Assembly: GCA_050633505.1 (NCBI GenBank)
Contig: JBOEGQ010000007.1
Span: 13,921 to 77,920, forward strand
Length of the DNA stretch: 64,000 nucleotides
Source of the DNA: Alphaproteobacteria bacterium
Lineage (GTDB): Bacteria; Pseudomonadota; Alphaproteobacteria; Micavibrionales; Micavibrionaceae
Direction: 5' to 3'
The notes beneath the pieces were generated by a model. The model saw nothing but the letters and a program-made list of their open reading frames with translations. It ran no database searches and was not told where the DNA came from. This document shows positions 1 to 11,400 of this stretch, in pieces (within the stretch, counting starts at the first letter, position 1; each line of letters opens with the position of its first letter). A program made the position numbers and the translations under genes.

Positions 1-2
1 AG

Positions 3-161
3 GCGCAACTATCTGCCGCATTAAGTGTCGATCATAAAATCGATCTAGCCCCTGATTTAATCTCAAGAATTGAAAGCGGTGAACGCGCCGTAAGAGATAA
101 AGAGCTCGCCGCCCTTTGTAAAATCTTAGACGTCAGCGCCGATCAGATGTTTGGGTGGTAG
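3..161 (+). CDS. 3' end of an XRE-family helix-turn-helix regulator (gene begins upstream of the window)
   Basis: Frame 3 reads AQLSAALSVDHKIDLAPDLISRIESGERAVRDKELAALCKILDVSADQMFGW then TAG at 159-161. The ISRIE-GER...EL..L...L.V pattern is the usual C-terminal half of a Cro/C1-type HTH. It is absent from the ORF track because the window edge truncates it. Confidence 0.5.
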   Translation, partial: AQLSAALSVDHKIDLAPDLISRIESGERAVRDKELAALCKILDVSADQMFGW

Positions 162-858
162 CATATATTCGCACACATTTCAGACAGAGTAATATAATAA
201 CCTGCCCCAACAGAAGAATAAACGTTACAATAGAGATGATAAAACTAAGTGACCATATTACCAGAACCAGATTAGTAAAAGTGATCAACACGGAACATAA
301 GAATACAACCATTTGCAAGACAAATGGATTTCTAATACCCTGCTCTTTCAAGAAGTACTTTTTTCGGAAATCAAAACATTTTTTGACCAAAACGAAACCG
401 CATAAAACAAAAAACATGACATCCAAGATGCGCCACGCAATATCTATGACTGTTTCATATATAGCCTTTTTCCCCCAGTAAGTTTTTGCCTCATTTAACG
501 TACTGTAAGCGGTATAAGTAGCCCTCCTATAAGCGGGAACCCACCTATCCTGGCGCAAGGAACTATAACATTCAACAATATGATGCTGCCTTACTTGATA
601 AACACCACTACGGCCCTGATCCGTGTGACCTATATGGTCGTACAACACTTTTAAGGAAGCAGGGCTGGCTTGTTCGATACGATAACTCACATCGCATGCA
701 CGATGCAAATCGACATCAATAAAGACCAAAATCCCAACGGAGCACTCATCAACAGAACACTCACCAATAATGTACCGATGGGAATCCGCGCATGATAATG
801 CATATGCATTCGAAGCGCTAAAGAACAAACAAAAGAAGATCAGAAGAAATCGCAACAT
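133..858 (-). CDS. hypothetical membrane protein (signal peptide, Cys-containing periplasmic domain, C-terminal TM helices)
   Basis: 241-aa ORF. N-terminus MLRFLLIFFCLFFSASNAYA is a typical Sec signal. The C-terminal third is strongly hydrophobic, with about 3 TM segments. I recognise no family. Confidence 0.5.
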   Translation of the reverse strand: MLRFLLIFFCLFFSASNAYALSCADSHRYIIGECSVDECSVGILVFIDVDLHRACDVSYRIEQASPASLKVLYDHIGHTDQGRSGVYQVRQHHIVECYSSLRQDRWVPAYRRATYTAYSTLNEAKTYWGKKAIYETVIDIAWRILDVMFFVLCGFVLVKKCFDFRKKYFLKEQGIRNPFVLQMVVFLCSVLITFTNLVLVIWSLSFIISIVTFILLLGQVIILLCLKCVRIYATTQTSDRR

Positions 859-911
859 GTATCTAATATAACCTAAACCATTTTGAACTTCACTGGTTTA
901 ATCAATTACAT

Positions 912-937
912 CAAAAAAAGCAGGGCATATGCCCTGC
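912..937 (-). terminator. Rho-independent terminator ending the thiC operon
   Basis: On the minus strand, GCAGGGC-ATAT-GCCCTGC (920-937) is followed by a run of seven U (913-919), just downstream of the 965..1204 ORF. Confidence 0.65.
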
Positions 938-964
938 TCCACCGTTTATATATAGGGAAAGAGG

Positions 965-1203
965 CTATGCCGCTTCTGCAAGTTTTACACTGCATTCACG
1001 CCAGCGGCGCATATTACCGCTTGCCTTTAGTGCATTTGCACCAATCAATGCGTAGACACGTTCCGCCACGATTTGAGCCGATTTTTCTGCTTCATCATAG
1101 GCGGGATCATCAAATACTTTTGAGATTAGAACGGCAATTTTTTGCCATTCCTTGCTCATCATTGATAGGATAATCGTATCGAGTGTTTCGTTACTAATCC
1201 CCA

Positions 1204-1204
<1 letters not shown>
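965..1204 (-). CDS. small conserved hypothetical protein, translationally coupled to thiC (tentatively DUF3658-like)
   Basis: 79-aa ORF. Its ATG shares one base with the thiC stop (TAATG). The W.K.A..I..V......D......R...LI..G.L pattern recalls the DUF3658 C-terminal domain, from memory only. Confidence 0.5.
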
Positions 1205-3409
<2,205 letters not shown>

Positions 3410-3414
3410 ATTTA

Positions 3415-3497
3415 TCCTTTCCCTTCGCTGATCCTAATCAACAGGTTATGAGGGTCTGTTCTCAGCACGCCTCACGACATGCACCCCTAAGGTTCAT
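3415..3497 (-). promoter_or_regulatory. TPP (THI-box) riboswitch
   Basis: The minus strand reads CUUAGGGGUGC..GCUGAGA..ACCCUCAUAACCUGUUGAUUAGGAUCAGCGAAGGGAAAGGAUAAAUAUG. All core blocks are present (GGGGUGC, CUGAGA, ACCC, AACCUG, GGAU, CAGCGAAGGGAA). The 3' arm overlaps the GGGAAAGGA ribosome-binding region of the downstream ORF. Confidence 0.9.
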
Positions 3498-3595
3498 TTA
3501 TAGTCGGCAGCTTTGCCGTTATAAAACCAATTGTCAAGTGAATAGAGACAGATTATAACTCCATCTCAGATATTATAAAGAATTGGATAGAATCT

Positions 3596-4273
3596 ATGAA
3601 AGCACGTTTAATCCGTTGGGCATTTTTATTGGTAATCGGCTTGGGTATCGGCTTGGGTATCAGCTCTACAATCGGCTATTTCCAAGCACAAAAAGAGATG
3701 GAAGGTAACGTTATTACCCTATCCCCCCCGGGTGATCGCACAGGACAATCACCTATGTCACGTGATACCGAAGCACAACACACAAAAACGTCAAGCAATG
3801 TTGGCGGTGCCTTCGCCCTAATCAATCAAGATGGCGAAGACGTAACACAAGAAACATATGCCAACACATATAAGATCATCTTCTTCGGATTCACTTTCTG
3901 TCCTGCAGTTTGCCCGACAGAGCTTCAAAAACTAGCTGTTATTATGGATGAACTTGGCTCTGACGCAAATCAGATCACACCTATCTTCATCTCGGTTGAT
4001 CCCGAACGAGATACACCGGAAGTGATGAAAGAATATGTTGCACAATTCCACCCGAAATTGGTTGGCCTGACCGGATCGCAAGAACAAATTGATGTTGTAA
4101 AAGACTTGCACAAGGTCTATGCCAGCAAAGTTGAGAATGACATGATGGATGGCTATATGGTTGATCATTCCGCCTTTTTATACTTCATGGATAAAGAGAA
4201 TAAGATGATCACAATGTATCCTTCCAAAGATACTGCCCAAGATATCGCAAAAGACCTGAAAACACGTTTTTAG
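3596..4273 (+). CDS. SCO1/SenC family copper chaperone (thioredoxin fold)
   Basis: N-terminal TM anchor, a CPAVCP (CxxxC) copper motif within FGFTFCPAVCPTEL, and a downstream His in DHSAFLYFMD. Confidence 0.9.
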   Translation: MKARLIRWAFLLVIGLGIGLGISSTIGYFQAQKEMEGNVITLSPPGDRTGQSPMSRDTEAQHTKTSSNVGGAFALINQDGEDVTQETYANTYKIIFFGFTFCPAVCPTELQKLAVIMDELGSDANQITPIFISVDPERDTPEVMKEYVAQFHPKLVGLTGSQEQIDVVKDLHKVYASKVENDMMDGYMVDHSAFLYFMDKENKMITMYPSKDTAQDIAKDLKTRF

Positions 4274-4375
4274 GTTCTGTTGTTGCTCTGCAATATAGAT
4301 AATCTTTGAAAAAGCTGGGAATCCTGCACAAATTTTGCCACCATAGCGCGGAGGTAAAGTGTGAAGGAGATCCCC

Positions 4376-5635
4376 ATGTATCATAAAAAGTTTCTTACGT
4401 TGTTATCTGGCGCCGCGTTGGTGGCTCTTACCCCGCAGGCTTATGCCGCCGGTTTTTATATTCAGGAGCAATCCGTTTCGGGGCTCGGTAATGCCTATGC
4501 CGGACAAGTTGCAAAGTCCAGAGATTCCAGTGTCGTCTATTATAATCCCGCGGGTATGGCACGCCTGAAACAAAATAGCGCAAATGTCGGCGTGCATATT
4601 ATTGCACCATCTGCAAACATTACGGATACAGGCACGACGAATGCTTTTGGTGCTGTTGGCGGTGGAAGTGGCAATCCATATGACCCAACCCCCGTTCCGA
4701 ATTTCAATATGTCTTATGAAGCGGTGGAAGACACCCTATGGCTCGGTTTAGCTGTTAGCGCACCATTCGGCCTTGCAAATGACTACGGTAATGAATGGTT
4801 CGGGCGCTTTGACTCAACGGCAACAGAACTTACCACCTATGACATACAGCCCAGCATTGCATACAAAATCAATGAAAAACTCTCTATCGGGGGAGGCGTA
4901 AATCTACAACATGCCTCCGCAAAGCTGGAAAGTGTTATTAACCAAGGTGCGGGAGACTTAAACAGCATATTAGACGGTAAAGACAATATCAGTTTCGGCT
5001 ATAACTTCGGAATGATGTACGAACCTATGCCGGGCACTGTACTTGGTGCACATTATCGATCAAGTATCCACCATTCATTAAAAGGTGACGTCACAAGCAG
5101 AAACGCCACCACCGGAGCAATCGTCCCCGGGGTAACGTATGATGCGACCGTGCAACTTAACCTTCCTGAGATTGTACAGCTTGGTATTGATCAAAAAATC
5201 AATGACAAGCTATCCGTTCAGGCCGGCGCAACATGGTTTGGATGGAATTCATTTAATGAGATCCGTGTCGTAGACAGTAGTGGCGCCCGAGCAGATAATG
5301 TCACAACCCAGAACTATCAAACGACATGGGCCTTCTCCGTTGGCGGCGAATATGAGTTGAATGAAGATTGGACATTACGTGCAGGCTATCAATATGATGA
5401 AACTCCCACCACGGATGAATTCCGCACCACCCGTACACCAGATGGTGACCGCCATTGGTTTGCAACCGGGGCAACTTACAACATAAATGATGATTTATCT
5501 CTCGATATGGCCGCCGTGTATATCAGTGTATCAGAAGAGAATATCAACCTGACACGTAACAGCTTGAACACAGTAAGTGCACAGTCAGAACAAGATATCG
5601 GCATCATCTCTGTTGGGCTGAATTACAAGTTTTAA
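4376..5635 (+). CDS. FadL/OmpP1/TodX family outer-membrane long-chain fatty acid/hydrophobic compound channel
   Basis: Signal peptide ending AYA, then AGFYIQEQSVSGLGNAYAG, the classic FadL-family N-terminus, and a C-terminal aromatic residue (KF). The start is set at the ATG preceded by AAGGAG, inside the GTG-initiated track ORF. Confidence 0.85.
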   Translation: MYHKKFLTLLSGAALVALTPQAYAAGFYIQEQSVSGLGNAYAGQVAKSRDSSVVYYNPAGMARLKQNSANVGVHIIAPSANITDTGTTNAFGAVGGGSGNPYDPTPVPNFNMSYEAVEDTLWLGLAVSAPFGLANDYGNEWFGRFDSTATELTTYDIQPSIAYKINEKLSIGGGVNLQHASAKLESVINQGAGDLNSILDGKDNISFGYNFGMMYEPMPGTVLGAHYRSSIHHSLKGDVTSRNATTGAIVPGVTYDATVQLNLPEIVQLGIDQKINDKLSVQAGATWFGWNSFNEIRVVDSSGARADNVTTQNYQTTWAFSVGGEYELNEDWTLRAGYQYDETPTTDEFRTTRTPDGDRHWFATGATYNINDDLSLDMAAVYISVSEENINLTRNSLNTVSAQSEQDIGIISVGLNYKF

Positions 5636-5659
5636 AAGAAATACAGAGAACACCAATAA

Positions 5660-5687
5660 AGCCCTGACATCAAATCGGGGCTTTTTT
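5660..5687 (+). terminator. weak Rho-independent terminator after the FadL-like gene
   Basis: AGCCC-13 nt loop-GGGCT followed by TTTTT. The stem is short and the loop large. Confidence 0.35.
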
Positions 5688-5988
5688 AATCTTCGAAAAG
5701 AGAGCTTAGCTTCAACGCATAGCCCATTGATCCCTTGACCTTAAGTTTCCCGGTCATAAATGCCATGGTAGGGTCTTGCGTTCCATTAACAATCGACTGA
5801 AGCAGGTCCATGGAACACACAAATGTTGTATCCGCCTCTTCATCCGCGTTATGCACAACAGTTGGCATTTGCGTACCATCAATGAATAACAGGCCATCAT
5901 CACCAAAATCTAATTTGATCTTAGCCCCTAGCTGCGGCGCGTAGGCCAGCTTCTCTTCAAGCATTTTTTTAATAGAATCAACAGTCAT
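5686..5988 (-). CDS. SCP2 sterol-carrier-like domain protein
   Basis: Translation from MTVDSIKKMLEEKL ends ...AFMTGKLKVKGSMGYALKLSSLF, the SCP2 C-terminal signature. The start is trimmed to the ATG at 5988. Confidence 0.8.
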   Translation of the reverse strand: MTVDSIKKMLEEKLAYAPQLGAKIKLDFGDDGLLFIDGTQMPTVVHNADEEADTTFVCSMDLLQSIVNGTQDPTMAFMTGKLKVKGSMGYALKLSSLFED

Positions 5989-6149
5989 GAAAAATAATAT
6001 ACACAATTTTTCCCCAGAAATAAGTACAAAAAAACAGAAAAAATCTTTTTGCATTCTTGAAAAACTGCAACTATATGAATGTAAGAACGAATCACTTCTA
6101 TTGAGTACACTCGGACTCATTGCTTTTCTGATAAATTAAGGTTTTTAAA

Positions 6150-7667
6150 ATGGCACAAACATTAGTTTCACGATCTATCGCTATTGCTTGTCTCGCGACA
6201 ACAAGCCTTATCTCGCAAGCTGCATATTCTGCTGATCCCGATGTTTATTTCTACCCCAAGAAAACTTGGACGGTTGAACTAATCGACAACAAGACCAATG
6301 CACAGGAACCAGTTTGCGCCATTAGCAACCAACTCAATAATGGATATATTGTTCAAATTGCAGGAACACAAAACGGTTTTACAAACATTAATATCGACTT
6401 TCGTCAGGATATTTTTCAGAAAAACCGTAAATATGAAGTTCAATACACCCTTCCCGGACAAGATACACAGCTAATCCCGACAAAAGCATTCGGAGAAAGC
6501 CTTTTAGTCGCGGATTTACGCAAGAAAGCTTCTTTTTCCGATCAAATCCCTTCTGCCAGTGTCCTTGACTTACGCATGGGTGGTAATGCGTTTCGTATGT
6601 ATTTAACCGGCCTAAGTGCAGCAATGAAAAACTACGAAAACTGTACGGCAGTCACGCAAGACACACCGGATCTCATGGCAAAAACCGCACCACCAAAAGA
6701 ATCGATCCCAATGCAGCCACAAGAGGTAAGCAGTGATGTCGCCCCCATGCCGCCAATGCCTGAAGCGCTGGCCAAAAATGGTGCAAATGAGAATAACACA
6801 CAGACAGCAAACGATCTTGCAGACCACAAGAAACGCCCAAGCAGAGCCGGAAAGCAGCGCTATACCGACATGATGGCAGAAAGATTAAAAGAAGAAAGCA
6901 AGAAATACCAGCCGGAAACACAGAGCGAACAAAAAACTGCAGAAATTGAAATTATTGAACCGGAAGCATCTGTGTCCTCCATAACACCGTCAGCCCCAAA
7001 ACCGAAACAAGTTGCAAAACAGAGCGCAACACCGACAGAAAAAGCAGAAAAGGTATCCTCTGTAACGCGGGAAACGATCAAATCCCCTAAGGCCGTATAC
7101 ACAATTGAAAAATCGAAAAAGCCACTCGTTGCTGATCTGACCAAGATTAGCAAACAAAAAGAAACGCAAACTGTTGCCTCCTTAGATACAGATAAGATGG
7201 CGCAGAACCTCTCTTCAATAGAACCGGCCAGTGGTCAGCCAAACGAAAACCTGATCCACATGCGTGGGAAAATCTCAGAGTTAGAGAAAAAAGTCTCTGT
7301 CCTGATGGATGAAAACCAAATGCTTGATGAAGAGCTGAAAACTGCGCTAAAGGATGCGAAATCCGAAAAAATGTCGGTATCATCGGACAACTGGAATTTG
7401 GAACGTGCAACAATGCGCTTTAACGAAGCAGAGCGTCAGATCATGCGATTAGGTCGCCAATTACAGACACAACGTGCGCAATGCGACACCGAAAAACAAG
7501 ATCTGGAAACCATGCTTTTTGATCCGAAGCTGACAAATGAGCAACAAATGGCAAAGCTCGCCTCTTTGGAATCCGAACTTGACCAGACAAAATCAGAATC
7601 ATACCGACAACAGCGCCTATATGAAGAACGCATCAAGATTTTAGAAGAACAACTCAATGCGATGTAA
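6150..7667 (+). CDS. secreted hypothetical protein (globular N-domain, Pro/Lys/Glu-rich linker, C-terminal coiled coil)
   Basis: 505 aa. Signal peptide ends AAYSA. The C-terminal roughly 150 aa show heptad-like E/K/L/Q-rich sequence. I recognise no family. Confidence 0.6.
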   Translation: MAQTLVSRSIAIACLATTSLISQAAYSADPDVYFYPKKTWTVELIDNKTNAQEPVCAISNQLNNGYIVQIAGTQNGFTNINIDFRQDIFQKNRKYEVQYTLPGQDTQLIPTKAFGESLLVADLRKKASFSDQIPSASVLDLRMGGNAFRMYLTGLSAAMKNYENCTAVTQDTPDLMAKTAPPKESIPMQPQEVSSDVAPMPPMPEALAKNGANENNTQTANDLADHKKRPSRAGKQRYTDMMAERLKEESKKYQPETQSEQKTAEIEIIEPEASVSSITPSAPKPKQVAKQSATPTEKAEKVSSVTRETIKSPKAVYTIEKSKKPLVADLTKISKQKETQTVASLDTDKMAQNLSSIEPASGQPNENLIHMRGKISELEKKVSVLMDENQMLDEELKTALKDAKSEKMSVSSDNWNLERATMRFNEAERQIMRLGRQLQTQRAQCDTEKQDLETMLFDPKLTNEQQMAKLASLESELDQTKSESYRQQRLYEERIKILEEQLNAM

Positions 7668-7692
7668 AGGCGTCATAACGGTAAAAAGTTTC

Positions 7693-7795
7693 ACTGCGTA
7701 TCTCGGGTAAATTTAACTGCGTTCTACTGTGTACATATAAATATAAAAACTAGTTTTCCTAGATTCTTGAGTACACTATCTACTTTTACTGCGTA
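7693..7795 (+). repeat. three copies of ACTGCGT(A/T) in a convergent intergenic region
   Basis: tttcACTGCGTA (7693-7700), tttaACTGCGTT (7716-7723) and ttttACTGCGTA (7788-7795). Confidence 0.4.
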
Positions 7796-7799
7796 AATT

Positions 7800-7825
7800 A
7801 AGGCTGGTTTTCCAGCCTTTTTTTT
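7800..7825 (+). terminator. Rho-independent terminator
   Basis: AGGCTGG-TTTT-CCAGCCT followed by a run of eight T. Confidence 0.75.
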
Positions 7826-7850
7826 ATGCACTTGAATTCCCCAACCTTCC

Positions 7851-8552
7851 CTAGGAGATAATCAGGCACCCCCGCATAATCGTTTGATCTTTCAATTCAG
7901 GATGTACAAGGCCAATGGCCTGTAATGCACTCAAGTCAGGCTCGCACAAACGAACCTCTCTTTTATCCAATTCATTCAAACTATTCGAATAACCCATAAA
8001 ACATTTCCCAGACGGCTTATGCCCATTAAATTTTGCAATATTCTTGGCAATAAGGCGAAATACTCGGTCTGTGGTCTGCCCATCGTCTTGCCCACGCAAG
8101 CGCGATAACGAAACCACATTAATGCCAGTATCAAAATTCATAAGCGCAAAGACAAAACGATAACCGTCATCATATATATCCGGCTCTATCATATAGAAGA
8201 CATAACCATCAGCCGACAAAGTATTTTGCGCGCGATGCTGCCGCAGATCCTCTAATAGAATAGAGGCGTTATACTGCCTGCGGAAATACTGGTAAGCAGG
8301 ACGCAAGTTCATCCCATGCGCCTCATGTACAACTATTTCGACTGTAAAAACCGCCTCAAGCATACATTTTAGCTCATCCAGATACCCAACATCAACGTCA
8401 GCATGCGTTACCAAGTGCACCTTAGGCCATGATTGCGCAGGTGTTTTTGCATATACTGAAACACCGTGTACACACGAGATAAAAACCAAAAAAACTACGA
8501 TTAGAATATCCCGCACCATAAAGCCCTTCGCCGAATTAGAATGCAGCCTCAT
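7851..8552 (-). CDS. secreted hypothetical protein, archaemetzincin-like with a degenerate zinc motif (tentative)
   Basis: 233 aa with an N-terminal hydrophobic signal. The segment RFVFALMNFDTGINVVSLSRL...CFMGYSNSLNELDKREVRLCEPD parallels the archaemetzincin FVFG..S..RL...C.M..SNS..E.D....C..C layout. The HExxHxxGxxH position reads AKNIAKFNGHK. Confidence 0.45.
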   Translation of the reverse strand: MRLHSNSAKGFMVRDILIVVFLVFISCVHGVSVYAKTPAQSWPKVHLVTHADVDVGYLDELKCMLEAVFTVEIVVHEAHGMNLRPAYQYFRRQYNASILLEDLRQHRAQNTLSADGYVFYMIEPDIYDDGYRFVFALMNFDTGINVVSLSRLRGQDDGQTTDRVFRLIAKNIAKFNGHKPSGKCFMGYSNSLNELDKREVRLCEPDLSALQAIGLVHPELKDQTIMRGCLIIS

Positions 8553-10326
8553 CCATCTGCATCAACGTATCACCGCCCGCCATAACCATTTTGAAACGGG
8601 CATCCGCCTCTGGTAACATGCGTGACATAAAGAATTGCGCCGTCTGTATTTTAGACTGATAAAATTCGGAATCACCATCACCTTGTTCCAGTTTTTGCTG
8701 CGCAACGATAACCATTTTACACCACATATATGCCATTGCCACCAATGCAAAATGCCGTAAGTAGTCAACACTTGCTGCGCCTGCTTCATCCGGGTTCTTT
8801 AACCCCTTTTGTGCAACCATCGCCGTGGCCTGCTGCAACTTCATAAATGATTTGGCAAGCGGGAATATAAATTCCTGCAAATTAGGGTTACCTTGATTTT
8901 CTTCAATAAATTCTTGCACAGGGTGGAAGAATCTACGCAGCAAACGACCAAAGCCTTGCGGCATTTTTCGCCCGACAAGATCGAGTGCCTGAATGCCATT
9001 TGTCCCCTCATAAATTTGTGCAATACGCGCATCGCGGACATATTGCTCAACCCCCCATTCATGGATATAGCCATGCCCGCCATAAACCTGAACCATTAAA
9101 TTAGCAACCTCTGATCCCATATCTGTTTGATATGCCTTTACAATCGGGGTGAGAAGCGCAACAAAATCATCGGCTCTTTGGCGCTCTTTCTCATCCTCAT
9201 GCTTATTTGCGATATCAAGCTGCATCCCGACCCAATAAGACAATGCACGCGCGCCTTCTGTAAACGCCTTCCCAACCAATAACATCCGCCGCACATCCGG
9301 ATGCACAATAATCGGGTCTGCGGGTTTATCGGGGGCCTTCACCCCTGTTAAACTACGCATTTGCAGGCGATCCTTTGCATATGCAACCCCATTTTGATAG
9401 GCAACTTCGGCAATACCAAGCCCCTGCATGGCAACACCAAGGCGCGCGTCATTCATCATCGCAAACATCGCACGAAGCCCTTTATGCTTATCCCCGACAA
9501 GCCAGCCCTTCGCACCGTCAAAGTTCATAACGCATGTCGAATTTGCCTTAATCCCCATCTTGTGTTCCAACGATCCACACGATACCGCATTACGGTCTCC
9601 GACATTTCCATCTGCATCCGGTATAAATTTAGGCACAATGAATAAAGATATTCCCTTCACCCCATCAGGGGCATCTGGCAACTTCGCCAGAACGAGGTGC
9701 ACAATATTTTCTGTCAGATCATGTTCACCGGCAGAAATAAATATCTTTGTCCCTGTAATGTCATATGCCCCATTATTATCGGGAATAGCCTTTGTTTTAA
9801 TCAATCCCAGATCAGTACCACAATGCGGCTCAGTCAGGCACATTGTACCCGACCACGTTCCCTCCACGATTTTAGGCAAATACAGGTCTTTTAACGCATC
9901 TGTCCCGAACTTATGCAAAGCTTCATACGCGCCATGTGATAGCCCCGGATACATACCAAGCGACATATTGGCAGAACTAATCATCTCCTTGAGCACAGTA
10001 TTCAGCGCACTGGGCATTCCCATCCCGCCATAGTCAGGATCCGCAGCAAAACCACACCACCCATTTTCTGCAAAAATTGTATAGGCCTCTTTAAAACCAT
10101 CCGGCGTTGTAACCACATCGCCATTAAGACTACAGCCCTGCTCATCTCCACTTTGATTGACAGGAAACAGAACCTCTTCACAGATCTTCCCACCTTCTTC
10201 TAACACCTGATCATATAGCTCAGACGAGAAATCCTCATACCCCTTTAGATTTGATAGGCTATCCACCTCCAATACATCGTTCAGAATAAAGCGAATATCT
10301 TTTAATGGCGGGGTATAGACAGGCAT
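8536..10326 (-). CDS. long (about 600 aa) acyl-CoA dehydrogenase
   Basis: 596 aa with ACAD N-terminal, middle and C-terminal domain resemblance (e.g. MCLTEPHCGTDLG, QVYGGHGYIHEWGVEQYVRDARI..IYEGTNGIQ) plus the extra C-terminal helical domain typical of long ACADs. Confidence 0.93.
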   Translation of the reverse strand: MPVYTPPLKDIRFILNDVLEVDSLSNLKGYEDFSSELYDQVLEEGGKICEEVLFPVNQSGDEQGCSLNGDVVTTPDGFKEAYTIFAENGWCGFAADPDYGGMGMPSALNTVLKEMISSANMSLGMYPGLSHGAYEALHKFGTDALKDLYLPKIVEGTWSGTMCLTEPHCGTDLGLIKTKAIPDNNGAYDITGTKIFISAGEHDLTENIVHLVLAKLPDAPDGVKGISLFIVPKFIPDADGNVGDRNAVSCGSLEHKMGIKANSTCVMNFDGAKGWLVGDKHKGLRAMFAMMNDARLGVAMQGLGIAEVAYQNGVAYAKDRLQMRSLTGVKAPDKPADPIIVHPDVRRMLLVGKAFTEGARALSYWVGMQLDIANKHEDEKERQRADDFVALLTPIVKAYQTDMGSEVANLMVQVYGGHGYIHEWGVEQYVRDARIAQIYEGTNGIQALDLVGRKMPQGFGRLLRRFFHPVQEFIEENQGNPNLQEFIFPLAKSFMKLQQATAMVAQKGLKNPDEAGAASVDYLRHFALVAMAYMWCKMVIVAQQKLEQGDGDSEFYQSKIQTAQFFMSRMLPEADARFKMVMAGGDTLMQMDEAAF

Positions 10327-10401
10327 AGTTTCTCCTCTTTAAACACTTGACTAATTATAGCAGAAAAAAGTAAAGACAGGATAAAATTTCAAGCACAGAA
10401 T

Positions 10402-11100
10402 CTATGTTCTACGTGACGCATTTACGCCTGCAACAAATCCACATGTCGTCAAATATAAAACCAGACCATTCAAAATATGCCACATGAAATGTGTACCCAT
10501 CTCGATACTTTCACATACCGCCATATCAATCGAACGGAACGTTAAAGACACCGTAAACACCAATGCCGCGATAAGCAGTACAGGCCTCTTAGCCTGCATC
10601 TGTTTGTAATGCCATACCCCAAACCCCATGATATAAAGAATGGAAGGCGCATAAGATAATGACCCGTTCAAAATGTGTGTCGGTACATTTTCAAATATAA
10701 CAGTAAGCACAACAAACACCCCAAACAAACCAGCCACCTTCATATAAGAGTAACGCATGACATAAAGGCTATACAGGATAATAAAGGCAATCTGGTATAG
10801 TAAAATCGGTATAACATCAGACAACATTGTCAATTTTGTTGCGAATGTATGGAAGAGTGTACTCCCCACGCCAATACAGAATAAAAGAAAAACAAGAAGG
10901 CCGCTTTTCCAGTCCAACTCCCCCTGACGATGCGCATATAAACCCGCACAAAACGCAGCAATAATGAATGAAATATTCGTCACCGCATTTAACGGCTCCG
11001 CCCATAATCCCGGCTCTAACCTCTCGCAATATATATCAATGTAATCGTTTATGTCTTGCTCCACCAAAAATATAAAAGACCTGCGCTCAAAAACCAGCAT
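10402..11100 (-). CDS. ceramidase-family (PF05875-like) integral membrane protein
   Basis: YCERLEPGLWAEPLNAVTNISFIIAA followed by about 7 TM segments with conserved His residues, as in alkaline-ceramidase-like proteins. The start is uncertain: the ATG ORF overlaps the upstream gene by 51 nt, and TTG/GTG at 11067/11064 are alternatives. Confidence 0.65.
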   Translation of the reverse strand: MLVFERRSFIFLVEQDINDYIDIYCERLEPGLWAEPLNAVTNISFIIAAFCAGLYAHRQGELDWKSGLLVFLLFCIGVGSTLFHTFATKLTMLSDVIPILLYQIAFIILYSLYVMRYSYMKVAGLFGVFVVLTVIFENVPTHILNGSLSYAPSILYIMGFGVWHYKQMQAKRPVLLIAALVFTVSLTFRSIDMAVCESIEMGTHFMWHILNGLVLYLTTCGFVAGVNASRRT

Positions 11101-11381
11101 AACATACCGATTGAGACCGTATATTCAAAACGCATACGTTCTGATGCAAAGTAGATAATTGCAACATATGCCAAATACGGAATCACCGAATAGATCCCGA
11201 ATAAGGCGACCTCCTTCACCTGCTCTACGCCCCCTTCCTTATAAGACAAGATATGCGTAAAAAGTGCAAAAGTCGGGAATAAAGGCATTAATCCAGCCAA
11301 AATATAGAAATTTGATCGTGCGAACGCAGCAATTAAAACGGCAACGGCTGCCCCTACTATTCCAGATACAATATAATACAT
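11049..11381 (-). CDS. GlpM-like small membrane protein
   Basis: 110 aa from MYYIVSGIVGAAVAVLIAAF, with four hydrophobic helices and a GlpM-family feel. The start is trimmed from the track ORF. Confidence 0.55.
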   Translation of the reverse strand: MYYIVSGIVGAAVAVLIAAFARSNFYILAGLMPLFPTFALFTHILSYKEGGVEQVKEVALFGIYSVIPYLAYVAIIYFASERMRFEYTVSIGMLCWFLSAGLLYFWWSKT

Positions 11382-11400
11382 AGCGCACCCTTTTACATGC

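Noticed and set aside
6279-7657. Chain of minus-strand ORFs (6279..6461 through 7436..7657) opposite the 505-aa secreted coiled-coil gene
   Set aside because: They tile the antisense strand of one long, coherent plus-strand ORF that has a signal peptide. Low-complexity AAG/GAA-rich coding DNA often leaves the antisense strand open.
9361-10193. ORFs of up to 201 aa (9428..10033 plus strand and others) within the acyl-CoA dehydrogenase gene
   Set aside because: They are antisense or out-of-frame shadows of a gene with full-length ACAD similarity.
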